This document shows positions 1 to 13,933 of a stretch of 64,000 bases of DNA, piece by piece (positions within the stretch are counted from its first letter, which is position 1; every line of letters begins with the position of its first letter). Source of the stretch: Tubulanus polymorphus (Eukaryota; Animalia; Nemertea); the NCBI RefSeq assembly GCF_964204645.1, contig NC_134031.1:2046001-2110000 (forward strand), in the 5' to 3' direction. The notes beneath the pieces were generated by a model, which did not search any database, was not told the origin of the DNA, and worked only from the letters and a program-made list of their open reading frames with translations. The position numbers and the translations under genes were made by a program.

Positions 1-1299
1 ACACGTAAAACAAGAGGATTTCGCTATGTTTCAGTACAGGCCGATGTATTAACTAAATACTATATCACACGTATATGCAGCCATATACGCGATGAAATAT
101 CGAGTTTTTTTTTCTATGTGAATTTCTATCTTTCGATTGCGCCGATAAATGCACGCGAGTCTGTAAATCCCACGCCGAGTCTCGAAACACGATTAGACCA
201 AATGAAACCTGTTGAAAAACCCACTATTAGGAAGAAAACCTATAAAGAGTAGTGACGTTACGAACATTTGTTTAGTTTTGAAAATGATTCGTGGAATAAA
301 GTCGCAATAGATCCTCAGTGACTCTATGACATATGTGGAAAATACGGCTGACGTTTATGCAAATCCACTTCACTAAAATATGGGATCAGTCATGTGATTC
401 GCGTCATCATATTAGAGGGCAAACATGTGTGATCCGTGCCGATGAAAATCGCAGCAAAAACCACATTGGCCGCCGGAGCTTGTAAACTGAACAAACATAT
501 AATATCAGCGTGAAACGGGGATGTAAAAACTACTGGAATCCGCCATATAAATCGCTTAATATTTCAGATCACCGACAATATACCCCGCGCATTCCTCTTC
601 GTAACAATCGCATAATATGGCGTATGTCAAGATGGCCGCTATGGCAGTCAATTGTGGGTGTATATTACATTAAGTTGGTATTATCTACGATTAACGAAAT
701 AAATCTATCAACATCCGCGACGTCAACAGATGGAATCTCGTCAGCGGTGTTTATTCCTATCCGGCGCAGTCAGACGCGACGCATGGTGGATATGTAATAT
801 TTCAATCTGGTTATTAAGGCGACGCAGTGTGCGCCGACGCCACCGCCGCCGCACACTGTGTGCCGTCGCAGTGTGTATGATGCCGATTCATTTTCGTGTG
901 TGATGGATGTGAAATAAAAACGACGATTAATATTCGTCGAGTAACACACAAATGTTAACGCATTATTACACGGTTCAGTCTGTATATGCTAAAATAGAGC
1001 CGACAACCTGATGCTGGGTATAACAGATACCGACATAATCTGAATATGATTCTTGGAATAAAGTGGAGTCGGTAAACCGACTCGACCAGTAAAGCCATTA
1101 GGATCACCCCATCCCCATACCATCTGATGAGGCATGCTGTTTAAGTAAAAGTCCATTAATCGAGAGATATTAATTTCTTTCCTGAAAATAGAGTGACATT
1201 TTATCAAGATAACCTGTTCAGCAGGTATGAATCTGCAGCCAGAACCACCCATCGATTTAGTCTGATTTCGAACTCATAATCATCAACACTTAAACGTGT

Positions 1300-1605
1300 G
1301 ATCGGGACTTCGCCTGAAACATTTTTAATTGAAAATTCAAACACCAGAAATTGGACATTTTATCAGAAAACTTTCAAAAACTGATCATCGACGCTTTGCC
1401 TGTGTTCAGCACATCACCTGAGACATTGTCAATTGTCATTGATCTACAAACACCAGACAGACGTTTTATCAGCACACTTTCAAAAAGTGATCGTATAGCT
1501 TCATCAGAACTTCACCTGAGACATTTTCCATTAAAAAAAAAGAACTACAAACACCAGATATTATCAGCACTCTTTCAAAAAGCGATCATCGATCAAGACT
1601 TCGCG
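1300..1605. repeat. Degenerate tandem repeat, about 100-bp unit x 3
   Basis: AAACACCAGA..TTATCAG..ACTTTCAAAAA..GATC and CACCTGAGACATT recur at about 100-bp spacing. Confidence 0.7.
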
Positions 1606-1695
1606 GACAACTAGTGTTGAATGTCTGGATGGAGGCTGTAGGCAACAGATTAATACTCGCGTTATACAGATTATCAATTTCAACGATGAACTTAC

Positions 1696-1894
1696 CTAAA
1701 TAGTGAATCCAGTAATTGCTGCAAATTGAAACAGTACCCAGAGCTATAGCAGTCAACGTACTAAATAGTCCGACCAATCTGAACGGTTTATACACGTGTG
1801 ATTCGCGCGTGTATTGCTGTTCTGTGAATTTCTTATCGACCGTATTGTCGTAAGTTTTAAATTTCAAAAAGTTTTTCACATTAGACATCTTCAT
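1696..1894 (-). CDS. Second N-terminus+TM1 exon of claudin/PMP22-like type (alternative first exon or paralog start); gene continues off-window
   Basis: MKMSNVKNF...FRLVGLFSTLTAIALGTVSICSNYWIHYL then G|GTAAGT (phase 1). It aligns with the end of the 18520 exon, with the intron at an identical position after W-I-x-Y-x. Confidence 0.72.
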
Positions 1895-2274
1895 TTCTGA
1901 CGTCTTTTTTTTTATTACACGTAAATCATGCGTCGCTGGAATTCTTTGGTATCTACCGATCCTGTATTTCGTGTTGTTTTTGCTGTGCTTTCTACGACGC
2001 GCGAAACCATATTCCCTGTTTCGTTATCTGTATCTAATCCGCGCCGGAACATTCTGAAGCGGTCGTTTGACCATAGTCGTTCAGAAAAACGATTTCACCG
2101 CCAAGCAATTATCTCGTGGTTCAGATATCCTCGCCGTTATCGGGTTCGATATATATTGCCTCATACGACGGAGACTGAGACGCGCAGTTTTCTTAGCGAT
2201 GGATTTTGTCTGCTAGTATATATTTCACGCGACGGTCTCATCCAGTAATTTTCCGTTCGTTCGTTAGGTCCGCA

Positions 2275-2317
2275 CTCTCTCTCTCTCCTCTCTCTCTCTC
2301 ACTCGTTCTCTCTCTCT
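2275..2317. repeat. Imperfect (CT)n tract, about 380 bp upstream of the minus-strand 1894 ATG
   Basis: Direct reading. Confidence 0.85.
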
Positions 2318-5300
2318 CCCGACGATTGTCAGAATACGACACAGCAGCGATTCGGCGAAAAAGAAGTTATCGCTATCCCCTGCCCTCTCCAACGCGACGA
2401 CGATCGCCTTATTTATATCTGGTCTATCAAACGAATCGCCTGTTGTGTTTCGTGTGCGTCGATGGATATTCTACACGGAGTGTATGACCGAATTGCGCGC
2501 GAGCGTTCCGACAGGAAATTACCGTTTTATATCATACGTCGTCTGGTTGGGCACCGGATGGAGATCCCGATACATTTCCAACTCGGTATCTTCTAGTCGC
2601 TTTAGCTTACGACAATATCAATTAGAATTAATTACATACTAATAATTGAAGTAATAATTACGACGTTGATAATATATCTAGACTTCAGTCGGAGAATGAC
2701 GGGTCGAAATCGCCGAAACTCGCTATAGATATAGACAGTACACGTAAATCCTGTTTTCGTTCAGACCACGTTCACACGAATGAAACAGCGCTTCGTATTT
2801 GAGCAAAGAATCAATATTTCAGGGGCTTTTCACAAAACATCGCTTGTTTTCACTTGACTGTCGCGTTCCCTAGTTTCCGAGCGCGTTTCGCATTTCGGTT
2901 TTCCTATTCTTGTTGTTATTTTTTTTTCTACATTCTAATTGCCGCTAATGACGGTTGTTCGTCGTTGGCGAATCGTCTGTCTGCGTTCAACGTACAAGAA
3001 CGTAGAGATTCGTTGCGATGACTTCGTTGTTTTTCTCTGAGCGCCGACGTTCCATTAGCGAGAGCGAATCAGAAAGCTAATACCGTTGCTATAATTGAGC
3101 ATCGGGTAGCTGCTCGTGTCTTTTTTTTTGCGAAAGAAATCTTCTCGGTGAATCTTACCGTAAATCCGTCGATCTCTGTGTCAGTCAGCACTTGTCGGTA
3201 TAAAGCGCTTTCGCTACTAAAAGCTGTTTTTCGATTCTTCGATTTGTCGAGCTTTACTTTCAACGGTCAGTTACGCCTTTTGGAAAATCGAATCCTACTT
3301 ACATCCTGACGCTGCTACGACCTGTCCAGCGATACGTGGAATTCCAGCAGAAAAACGTCATTAAACGGCAAGCTGTTGATTAATATTTGCTATAGATCAA
3401 TTCGAAATCGAAAGTGCCGTGGTTGCGGTACACGGGATTCTGAGCAGAATATCGCAATACATATGTCGCATACGCGTAATAGGACGCTCGCTGAATCTAG
3501 AAATCGGTCTCTTCAGTCAGCGGAATGACCCGATACTGGTTGGATTACAGCTCGGCGACACATTGTACCTGAAACAGGTGAAATAATTCAAAATTCCACA
3601 CCACGCACACTAGAACAACAAGTCTTTATCGCTATCTGTTTGACGTTTAAATCGCGCTTGAATTTACATTCATAATCACATGTAAATGATATGCATATAT
3701 AGGGATGAATATTTTGCCATCTCCTATTACATTCAAAGAACGATCAATGATGCTAATAGCGAATCGCATTTCGTTATCGTTGCATTTTAATCGGGAAAAT
3801 CAGCATAAATTTCAAGGTTTAGACTTCGTGTTTAACCCATAAGCAAAATTGTGAAGAGTTCACTCAAAATTAGTTCATATGCAAATAACTAATTCTAGAT
3901 TCGAAGTCAAACTGCGGAAACGGCTTTTGGATTGTGTTGAAGTCTAGTAATCGACTATATATACGACTCTAAATCTTTAAGGCAGGTCAGAATAAACGAA
4001 TGGCATTAACATCGTTTTTCTATAGGCTTTGGCTTACTATGTTTCATTATCACTAAAATATATCTAATTGTCAATTGAAACGCGTTATCCATGTAAACAG
4101 TTCAATTTAAGTACACATCATTTTCTCTTGCTATATATCAATTGATATGCGGCTGGCCATGCATTATACACGGGGTCCAGCGACTTGACGATTAAGTACA
4201 GCTACTGACTTGCACCTGGCCCCCTCAATCGATCTTAATCCAACATAAAATTCTATTATGACTTATAAATATTGTACGCAATGTACAATTACTTAGAATA
4301 AATTATAACGATTACTGAAATATATAAATTGTTACCTGTTTTTAATGCAGTCGTGTGGTAGGTAAAAACCTCCTTCCGCTGGCAGTGTGTTCGTAATTAA
4401 ACGACGGCACCTCGAGCGCGCGCTCGCTTCGCTACCGCTAACGTTCACAGGTAAAGTACTGTATCTCCAGAGTCTACTCGCCGTTATCGTTCTCTGCTCG
4501 TCCCTTGCCGTCGCCGTTTATTTATGATATTGTTGGCCAGGTTACAAATCCAATTTTGCCCGATTAATTATTGAATCCGTACAGGAGGCATAGAACAGCC
4601 GATAGAGTGCACGAAATCAACAACCGTGCTGCGACCGCGCTACTATACCGTTTACAACTCGCACGTAACAGCCACATTCACATGACGATAAGACAAAGCG
4701 TTCGCTTCGTCGGTTATAAGTTAGAATATAGGTATAATTATATTAGCACTATTCGTCCTGCACAAAGCGCATATGGTCGTCTCGATATTGCTGTTTACAA
4801 CGGAGACAGCTGCGACCAGGATTTCTCAGCAGAACGCACCGCAACCGACGGTGTTATCAGTACGTAGTTAGCGACATCGAGAGACGCAGCCGCCGCAGCC
4901 GCGCTTTCGTCAGTCGTGACGTTTTCTGTTTATTTCGCGCCGGTTAAAGATGACAGATGACAGACCGAGAAAATAGCCGTGAGCGGCGAGAAATGCGCCG
5001 ATAAAAATCGCTGAAAATGTCAGCGCTCCGACACAACACCGTCAGTTTGACAAATAAATAATCGAACTGTTTGAAATCAGGGGCAGTTGCGCAGTCATAG
5101 CTTGGCTCTCTAGCAAATCTGACAACTTAAGACCAATCTTAGGATTTAACACTATTTTCAGACTTACGTCAGTCATGACTTCGTAAATGGCCCCTTCGGA
5201 AACTCGCATAATCTAAATTTTTCAGAAATTTTTCGAAATTCATTTCGGGACATTTAAAGTGACTTTACATGGCTACCTTTTGGCATCCGCGCTTATCGCT

Positions 5301-7531
5301 AGCCAATCAAATACCTCGTATCATCAAAGTGCGGTCTGTTGTTTTAAAATAGTAATGCTTCGGCGCCTCCAATTGGCAGAATAAACACACAGCCAGGGAA
5401 TATATTCGTTACCCTAAAACCTAGCCGTGGTCTAAATAAGAATGATTAGTTTTTTCCAGTATCGAGGGTATGTCGTATATTTCACCGTTGTCTCGACACC
5501 CGATTTTTTAGTGTGGATGAAGGTGAGCTGCAACCTCTGGCAGGCGAGTATCGTATTAATAGCTACCAGTTCGAGAAGACTTACAAAACTCTCAACGTCG
5601 CGATTCTTGAACAATTCACTATACGGTATCGTCTTCACTTTCGTCTGCGGCGAGATGAGACAGAACGGCTGCGCGCGCACGTCGATAGCCGTCTGATCCT
5701 GATCGTCGTCACGTAAACAACCAGTTAAATAGATCCATCCGAATAGACATTCATACGCGCCGAGTCCGTGATCTGGCAACTTGACGTCATTAGCGCCGAC
5801 ATCGGTCAATTCATTTTACATTTCAACCGTCGTTCTGGAAACCTTTTTAGGAATTACACGAACTCAGAGCGCTTACGGGGAAGCGTATAATGTGTATACA
5901 TTTAGTTGGTTTTAACCTAACTGCCCGACGAGGCTTTTAGCTCTAGTAAACTAATAAAGGCTTGTCAGATGTAATTTTGGTAGTGCCGCACCTCCGAGTT
6001 AAAAAAAGACTCTACGACATAATGCAAACAGGTATTTGCAAATGAACTTCAGCTACAGAGTCGAATTGAACTAGAAGAAAGCGCGGAATTGGATGGTCTG
6101 GGTTCAGTTTCACGAAAAAGTTTAAGCTTACATCAATAAAGTTCTAATTGTTGTCCTCATCGAAAACATGAAGTAACTAATCCTGTAACTGGGCCCCGTG
6201 ACCTAGTTTCTTAAGACATAACACCCATAACGGATTTCTCAATCCTTTAAGATCTATTTAACAGAGAAATTCATTTTTGGGATGAATTTGGTTTTACTTG
6301 ATAGAAATAGTGACCTGATGTGTGGAGATGTAAGCCTCGACACACACGTGGTGCCGTTTTCGAACTTCGTCGTAGATATCGCTGGAATGGCCTTGTCCCG
6401 TCCTTGCCATATTAAGTGTTTCATTTACCTAGTTGCATGCTCCAGTACCAGTCGCTAGGGCATCCGTTGGCATAATTTATCTTCTGTAGACAGTCGCGCC
6501 GTCGGAATACTTACTCATACGCCATCTGACGGCGGAATGACAAAGCGCACATTAAATACGATTATCAATATCATTTGAAAACAAACCCTCGATTCAGTCT
6601 TACAGTCGTCGAAATTCAGTGAATGGCGGCAACAAGTAGCTTGAAAACCAAGTTCAGATTCAATTACAAAATACTCTTTTTGGCACAAAATGCAGACATA
6701 ATGCGTGAATTGAGTTATCATCAATCATTGATAAAACATTAATGTCTTTTGTTTCGTAAAAGTAAAGTGAACTTTTCTGACACGGTAAAAGATTATCCCA
6801 TGGCAGGGCAAAACGCTATTAATTTTTGATCGAAATCATTTCAGGAAGCTATCAGCTTCGAATCCCGAGGAGATTTTTTAAGGGTACCATACTTACGGCC
6901 CAACCAACTAAAGTCGTATATACAAAACTCTCTGTTCGGCGACGTTAGAATAGTCGTATTAAACCCTCCGCATAGTGTGTACAAACCACGTTGAGCAGCT
7001 GTTTCGTTTATTCCTAAAAATATATCAATTAAAAATCACGTGTTATGATAGATAGATATCATTAGAGGTATATTTACATGTATACACGTACGTTATATTT
7101 GCAGTATGAAAACATATGTTATCGGACCATCATTTGGCAGAACCTCAGTGTAATATAACATACGGCTGTACTAATCTGGCAAACAGTTTACAAATACGGT
7201 GTGACCGATTTTTGTAAATTTTGTTATACAAAAACGACGAGGCTTTTTAAATGGGGGAACCTATGACCTCCTGTGGCAATCGAGGATTCCGCTTATGGCA
7301 GTCGAGGATCCGCCAGGGTCGCTAGTAGTTACTCGGTCTTCCGCGTTCGATTTCTTTTACATTTCAATTAAAAGTGAATGAACTTTTACTTGAATTAATC
7401 AATTATTTATGAAAAATATACCGATATCCGAGTAGCGTGATTAATTTATTGTATATCTGGTAAGTCCTGCAGTGTGATGATATATGGATACGGGAGCCTA
7501 AAAATCAGTTACGTTAGACTGAGTGCTCGTC

Positions 7532-7545
7532 ACGCCATCTAGTGG
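7532..7545 (-). promoter_or_regulatory. CTCF-like motif
   Basis: Reverse complement CCACTAGATGGCGT matches the CCACYAGRKGGCR consensus; motif match only. Confidence 0.45.
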
Positions 7546-8582
7546 GATAGCCGGTGTTGCGGTTGCTCATTGCTAGCTTATTTGGTTGCATACCACGTGA
7601 TAAGTAGTTATTCCGCTATCCTAGTTTTTGTTTGTTTCGATAATTCAACTCGCTCCACAGTTTATCAGAGGGCTGTGTATTTGCGCAGTCGAATATTTAA
7701 CAGAAAATTGTAAAACAATGTAGAAAAAATCCTGTTTCGAACCAAGTACCGGGTGCACTTCGTGTGGAGTGCGATTTGCATATCGCTTGTATATGGTAAT
7801 TATGACACATATGTTTTTGATTGCAAATCAAATAATATTTCGGTATTTACACAAGAAACGACGCCAGTCGATAGAAGACCTGAGTTAGACGAGAGCTGGG
7901 TAAATTCTGTAAAACCTGAACACATGATATACAACGTATTGGTTGCCATAGACAAGCGACTATCTATGTCGTTCCGAAACAGATATATCGGCCATTTTTA
8001 AAAGTTAAAGAGTGTGACGTCTAGACTCAATTCTACGAGACATTTTCGCAACTAAGAGAGTAGTGACGTCAAGACTCAATTCTTTCCGCCACTTTCAAAC
8101 TGTTATGTAAATTAAAACGTCAACTTTCCTATATTTTTTCCTCCATATTGTGATTTTTTTCTCAACCACATATGCAGTGCAATTCTCAACTCTTATGGAG
8201 TGCGATGTAAATTTTCTGATGAATTTTACGTCAAATAAACATAAACTTATATACAAATACCTAATGGAATATATTAACAAAGATGAATGATGAAAATTCT
8301 GAATTATAACCCCGTCTAATGAACGAAATTCGACTTGATTTGTTCCGAGCAAACGAACAGAAAATTCTTGTCGATAAACTTTCAATTGTAGCAATTACAT
8401 CTCCATTTCATTCGCGCGCGAAAAGGAAAAAAGTAGAACATCGTATCATCAAAGCGATAAGAAATCGTTCCTGCTACTGATGTTCGATTGTTGACTGTTT
8501 TCGATGTCGTCAAGGATTTAATCGCTTGATCGCAGTTTGAATGTTTTTTTCACAGTTGAGCAGGCTCGATTGTCACCGAACG

Positions 8583-9150
8583 CGAGATAGATACATCTCA
8601 GTAGAGAGTGAGACAGATAGATAGATAGAGAGTAGAGGATTGGGAGAGGAAGTGAGGCGAGGGTAGTGAGTAAAAGAGGGACGAAAAAAAAGAACCGAAA
8701 ACCGAGAACGTGTGGGAGAGAGTGGCGGCGAGGAGAGGTAGACAGGTGACTTAAGAGTGGGGATAAGGCGAGGGAAGAAAGTGATGAAGAAAAAAGATTG
8801 AATGCCTCGGAAGATGGGGGAGAAAAGAGAGGGAGGACGTGACAGATGGCGAGGTGAAGGGAGGGACCCCGAGCAAAATGAAGAGTATCGAAGAGGATGT
8901 ATTGGAGAGGGCGTATGGGGAAAGGGAGCAACGAGGGAGCTGTGAAGGGGAGAGGGCGTCGGGTATAGGAGCGATGAGGGAGCTGAGGAGCGACGAAGAG
9001 GGATGAGTATGTCATAGGGGAGACTAGGGAGTTAGGGAGCAACGTGCGAGGGAGAGGGAGCGACAGATAAAGAATGATGTACGCGAGAGGAGGGAGTTTA
9101 GAGAGCAGGAGGAAGCGGGAGAAGTGACACTGAGAGATATGAAGAGACAA
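8583..9150. repeat. Long degenerate polypurine (A/G-rich) low-complexity tract
   Basis: About 570 bp strongly purine-biased on the + strand. Confidence 0.85.
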
Positions 9151-12100
9151 TATGACGATGCACGAACGGTAAATATTTCGATTGCGGGTTTTTTGCGAAA
9201 TGTCACAAACACCGCACGCACACCATGCATACAATTATACACTACATAGACGCGTAGAGGCGCCGAACTGTTACACGGTATAGAGACTCGTATAGAGGCG
9301 CCGAACACTTTAAACATCGAAATTTAGTCGGTAATGAAGTATTCTACCAATATTTGTAGACTCTTCAAAAACGACGGAACGACAAACAGAAATGTCGCCG
9401 ACTATTTTCAACGCGATGATTGAAAAAGCAACTATCGCCATCAACGCCACGGTTACTTACTCAATTACTCAAACACACGTAAATAGTCTATCTATAACAT
9501 GTATTCATGTATGCGAGAGTGATGGAATGAATGCCTAGAAAACCCGATAGTCAGATACTAGCCGAACGTTTATGTAAATAATGTTCTTAAATTCTTAGTC
9601 GTTTCATATACATGGCTTGTACTTGTGGTGGTTTTAGAGTTAATTCGCCTATAAACACTGCATTTAGCAAATCTTTGTTACCCCATTAGTGCTGTTAGGA
9701 GGAACACGTCAGGATTTTTGCAGTCAAGGGCTCAACTTTGACCCTCGATCCAATTCGATCTCTCCGGATCCAGCACTTGGTGCTGGAGTCACGTCAATTA
9801 AATAACACGTATCATTCGTCCAACAGCTCCTGAGCTCTTTGGATCCAGTAGTTGAAAGTTTGAAATTTGATTAGAGTTGGACGTAATGTTTCTCGACGTT
9901 ACTGAGATAGCGCACTGTAGATGTGTCTGCTAAACTTCAACCAGTCCTGGCAGTGGTTCTCCGTCGCTCTACGATCCAAGTGTAACCCCAATGTGGTACA
10001 TCAGACACTAAGGTTCTTTTGGTGTTAGCTAAACGTGCCATGCAACGAACAATCGACCAACCAAACAGGCCGAATCGATCGCGGCCGCTAACTCGTGTTA
10101 GGGCGATTTTGGGTTACTGTGTTCGGCGGCAGTCTGCGCGAGCGCGAACCCTCGGGACTTCATGTTTAATACTTTATTACTTGAGCGATTATTGCGTCTC
10201 TAGAGTAACGAGTAACGAGCCAGCGACCGACAACAGCAAAACGAGTAATTATTGCAAATAACATTCCACTAAACCTCACTAACACAATCCAGTTGCCAAC
10301 ACCGTCATTTTGATGCTTAGTTATTCGAGCGCTTAGCACTATATCACACTCCTGTTTGTCCGCGTCAGAAAAAAACCCGCACAAACTCAAAAACCATTTT
10401 CAGCCGGATGCGCGCATCAATCGAAAAACACGTTTCAAATGGAAAAAGATAAACAGTCACATCGTATTGTGTGTTTTGGTGATAACGAACAATCCCATAA
10501 TTGATGATAGGTTGATTCTAACTGATTATTGTCGACGTATTCATTTACCGTATCTGTGATGATGATGATGAGATTCAGATTAATCTCGAAAATGTTAGAA
10601 TTATAAATGTAAGATATCATTAATTGCGGTATCGTTTATTATACTCAACGCGCAGAGAATAAATCAGTCTATCCGTCGCAAAAGTGATGTTTTTTTTTTG
10701 TTTCAGCTCTCAGGCCTGGGCAACAGCAAAACGCGTATAAATAAACCATTTTACAGTTGCTCGCCGCCATTTTGTCAGGGTAATTATGTCCCATATTGTT
10801 CGGTCATTTTTTCTTCCTTTTTAAAAACTCATGCGTGTTTTATCATATTATCAATTTGTACATAGATGGATTTTTACATTTCTAGCAACATTTAAACCAA
10901 CCGTATGAATCTCTAGTTTTCCAATATGCAAAAATTATTTTTCAAAATGTGTCGTTTGTGCACTCCGCCTGCGTAAGGCGTCAGGCTTTTCATTTTGTTC
11001 GTGTAAATACTTCTAATGAAAAAAATCCAAAAACTAATTTTCAGAAAGTGAACATCGAAATGAAGATTATTTAGATCGGTATCGATCGAGGACCAAACTG
11101 AATTATGAAATAGGTGCATGTGGGCCGAGTTTTACAGTAGTGACTGCAAAGTCGAAAATTGGTCATAAACCATAAGGCAGTGGTCTTAACTTCGTAGATT
11201 GACCATACAACTATAAGATAGTCTTAGGCGGATCTTAAATCTAAGTTGCTGCTGAATATGACGACCGTGATCTTGTAATTGATTCTGGGACCGGTCCGTT
11301 GCAAACTGCATAGTTTATATAGATTTAACTTCGTCGGATGAAAATTATTTCATTTCATAACACAGCACACATTGTAATCCGTAACACCGAGCTGTATACC
11401 GCGGTCCCTAGAGAACTCCGATATTACACTGAATTGTAATGAGTTCAGAATGAATGTTCAATCGGTATAGATATTCCGAATGGTTTTTACACGGTTTAAT
11501 TAGCGCTATGAAATATACGCTCATTCATATTCATTCGGCGATCAAAATACTGTATACAATGTATAGGTGATTTAATTATTTATTGGTTAACAGATGGTTA
11601 AGATGAAGCCCGTGTCTTTTTTCTATGATATTTTGTGTGTACGACTAACCGTTTTGAACGCTGTAGTCGATGCTATAGTTTAAAATCAATTCGGTATGCG
11701 CGAAATATACCTAGATTATGTAGGCATTCCTATAACGGCTGATTCGGGCCGAATGAAAAAATCAAATGTCGCATTCTCATGTAACGTCGACTCGATGTAA
11801 ACAGATTTGCCAACTTTGACTTAGATCGTAAAATGAGAAGCTTTGTTCATTGAATAAGAAAGGCCAACTTTGAACTTACAATAGTTTCAAAATGGATCTT
11901 CATTCATTGTGATTGTTTTTATATAGCCCTGTTGCTATTTTATGTTATGTAACCAGTTCGCCATTATAAGTACAATCAGTGAATTACTCAAAACAATATT
12001 TCCCAGTTCACTGCAGCTTTGTATGATTCTAGATTTGTCTAGAGAAGGGATATATATCTTTGTAAACCCGGAAACGTTTGACGGATTATGAAATACATCA

Positions 12101-12991
12101 CGATATAGAAATAAAACTATTTGTTCTTAATTAACTATTTGAACTCCATACCGAGAATTTATTACGTCAATTTGGTCAAGATTGAGTCTCTTGTGTTTTT
12201 TTTTTCATTCTCGCCCGAATCAGCAATGTTTATTTGCGGGCGATGCATTAATTATCACGCGCTATTTGCTTGCGACTGGATTAGATCGTATATCGTTGTT
12301 CCACATAATCGTTTGTCGATTGGCGCCGTCTATCGGGCGTATCTATGACGGAGGCGGCGACGCGCTATTCCCGGCGTAAATTGATGATGTATTGTAGAAG
12401 TTCAGACATTCCCGGCGGACTCGAATTTATGCATTCATCAACGTTAGAACATGTTCGTTCCGAAAACGACATATGCTGCCATTTTAGAATCGCACGTCGT
12501 AACGAGTTTTCAATGAAAATGCTTAATTGAATTGCGGTGAAATTGCCTCAGTGACCATTATGCTATACCACTACTATAATACCAATCTATACATTGTCAA
12601 CAGAGTCCCAATTCCACTGTTTGTGAGTTAGATTTGAATAATTGAAAATGAACTAATGAACTAATTTAACTCGAATTCATTTCCAATCCGGAGCTCTGGT
12701 ATATCATATACATGATCATAAATTATAAGCAAAACGTTCTTTATTCAAAAAGGAAATTTTCACAAAAAGGCAAATGTTAGGAGATGACCACTAGACCACC
12801 GTGCCGTACTAAGGTTTAGAATTTTGTCTCGAGCTTAACAGTCTGTGGGGATCGTGTTGTGTTGGTAATTCTAAGAAAAGCAACTTGTATGGATTTAAAG
12901 AAATAAATACGCGCCGAATTTCGAGGAGAAAGTGATAACTCGTTGGATGTGTTTAACTAACACGACGAGGCGGCTTTCAGTAATAATGGAT

Positions 12992-13106
12992 AGAGAGGAG
13001 AGAGAGGGAGAGAGAGAGAGAGATGAGAGGAGAGAGAGAGATAAGAGGAGAAGAGAGAGGAGAGATAGAGCGATAGAGAGAGAGGGAGAGAGAGAGAGGG
13101 AGAGGG
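12992..13106. repeat. Imperfect (GA)n tract
   Basis: Direct reading. Confidence 0.9.
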
Positions 13107-13714
13107 ATCTCTGGTGCCGCGAGTAGCCGTCAAAATTGATACATCAACTCGTACTGTCGCATCGGATAATTTAACGATGTCTGTTCAGGGGCCTTATATC
13201 GCATTGATCGCTACTTGAAGCCAACGCATAACGGAAGTTTTTTATTAGTATCAATATCGGTTTCCTTTGCTCTGCCACGAGTCCTGTCCTTCTATTCGTT
13301 TCGTATTCGCTATTTGCATCTCGGCTGCTTTCAGATTGTTTAGCTGTATCGCTGCGGGGGGTTAGTTGTTTCTTCATCGCTCAGTCTTTACCGTCTAAAT
13401 ACTCGATCAATTCCAATTGTCATTCCGACCGTTGTTGTCCGTTTCGGCTCCGATTTCGCCGTCCGGCGTTTAGTTGCCAATTCGGTTAGAATAGATAAAT
13501 CGACGCTTTAACGTCTCGGACGCAAAACGGGTCACCCCGATAAATCCCAGAATGACGTCACTGATTGTAACGACGTCATTCGTTAGATTCGCACGTTTTC
13601 TGCATATCTAACATCCAATAGATGAACCGCAAATCACTAGGGTGCTTTTAGATGAAGTTATTATCAGGAAGGCTCCATACAATTCACTAATCATCCAGTC
13701 TTGATATTTCCCTG

Positions 13715-13933
13715 TGACCAGTTGCAAAGTCATGGCTTAGTATCAAGACTGGTATAAGACCAACTTAATTAGTCAATCTAACAACTTAAGACTGGATCTA
13801 TGACCACATTTGGGCTAAAGTCACGACCGTGAAACCGGGCCCTGGACCCAGTCCTATGGGTCTCATGTGTTAAGACTCGACTAAGGGTTAATCTTTGAAG
13901 ATAAACTAACTCCAACACAAACTGTAGAACTGG
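13715..13933. mobile_element. Abutting MITE A + MITE B pair
   Basis: CTG-[A 13715-13841]-CTG-[B 13845-13933]; degenerate but alignable to 49397-49645. Confidence 0.7.

Noticed and set aside
1894-1900. In-frame splicing of the 18520 exon onto GTCAG|AA ATG, joining both TM1 exons in one protein
   Set aside because: The acceptor is preceded by an A-run rather than a pyrimidine tract; the first-exon interpretation is more economical.
5432-5809. 125-aa minus ORF and possible 60-nt exon ending at the GTAAGT donor near 5584
   Set aside because: No ATG, an in-frame stop upstream, a stop in the phase needed to follow the TM1 exon, and no recognisable homology.
8518-9234. 238-aa L/S/P-rich ORF
   Set aside because: Arises from the stop-poor polypyrimidine strand of a low-complexity tract; no domain features. 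The same applies to 2206-2487, 12932-13126 and 63398-63634.
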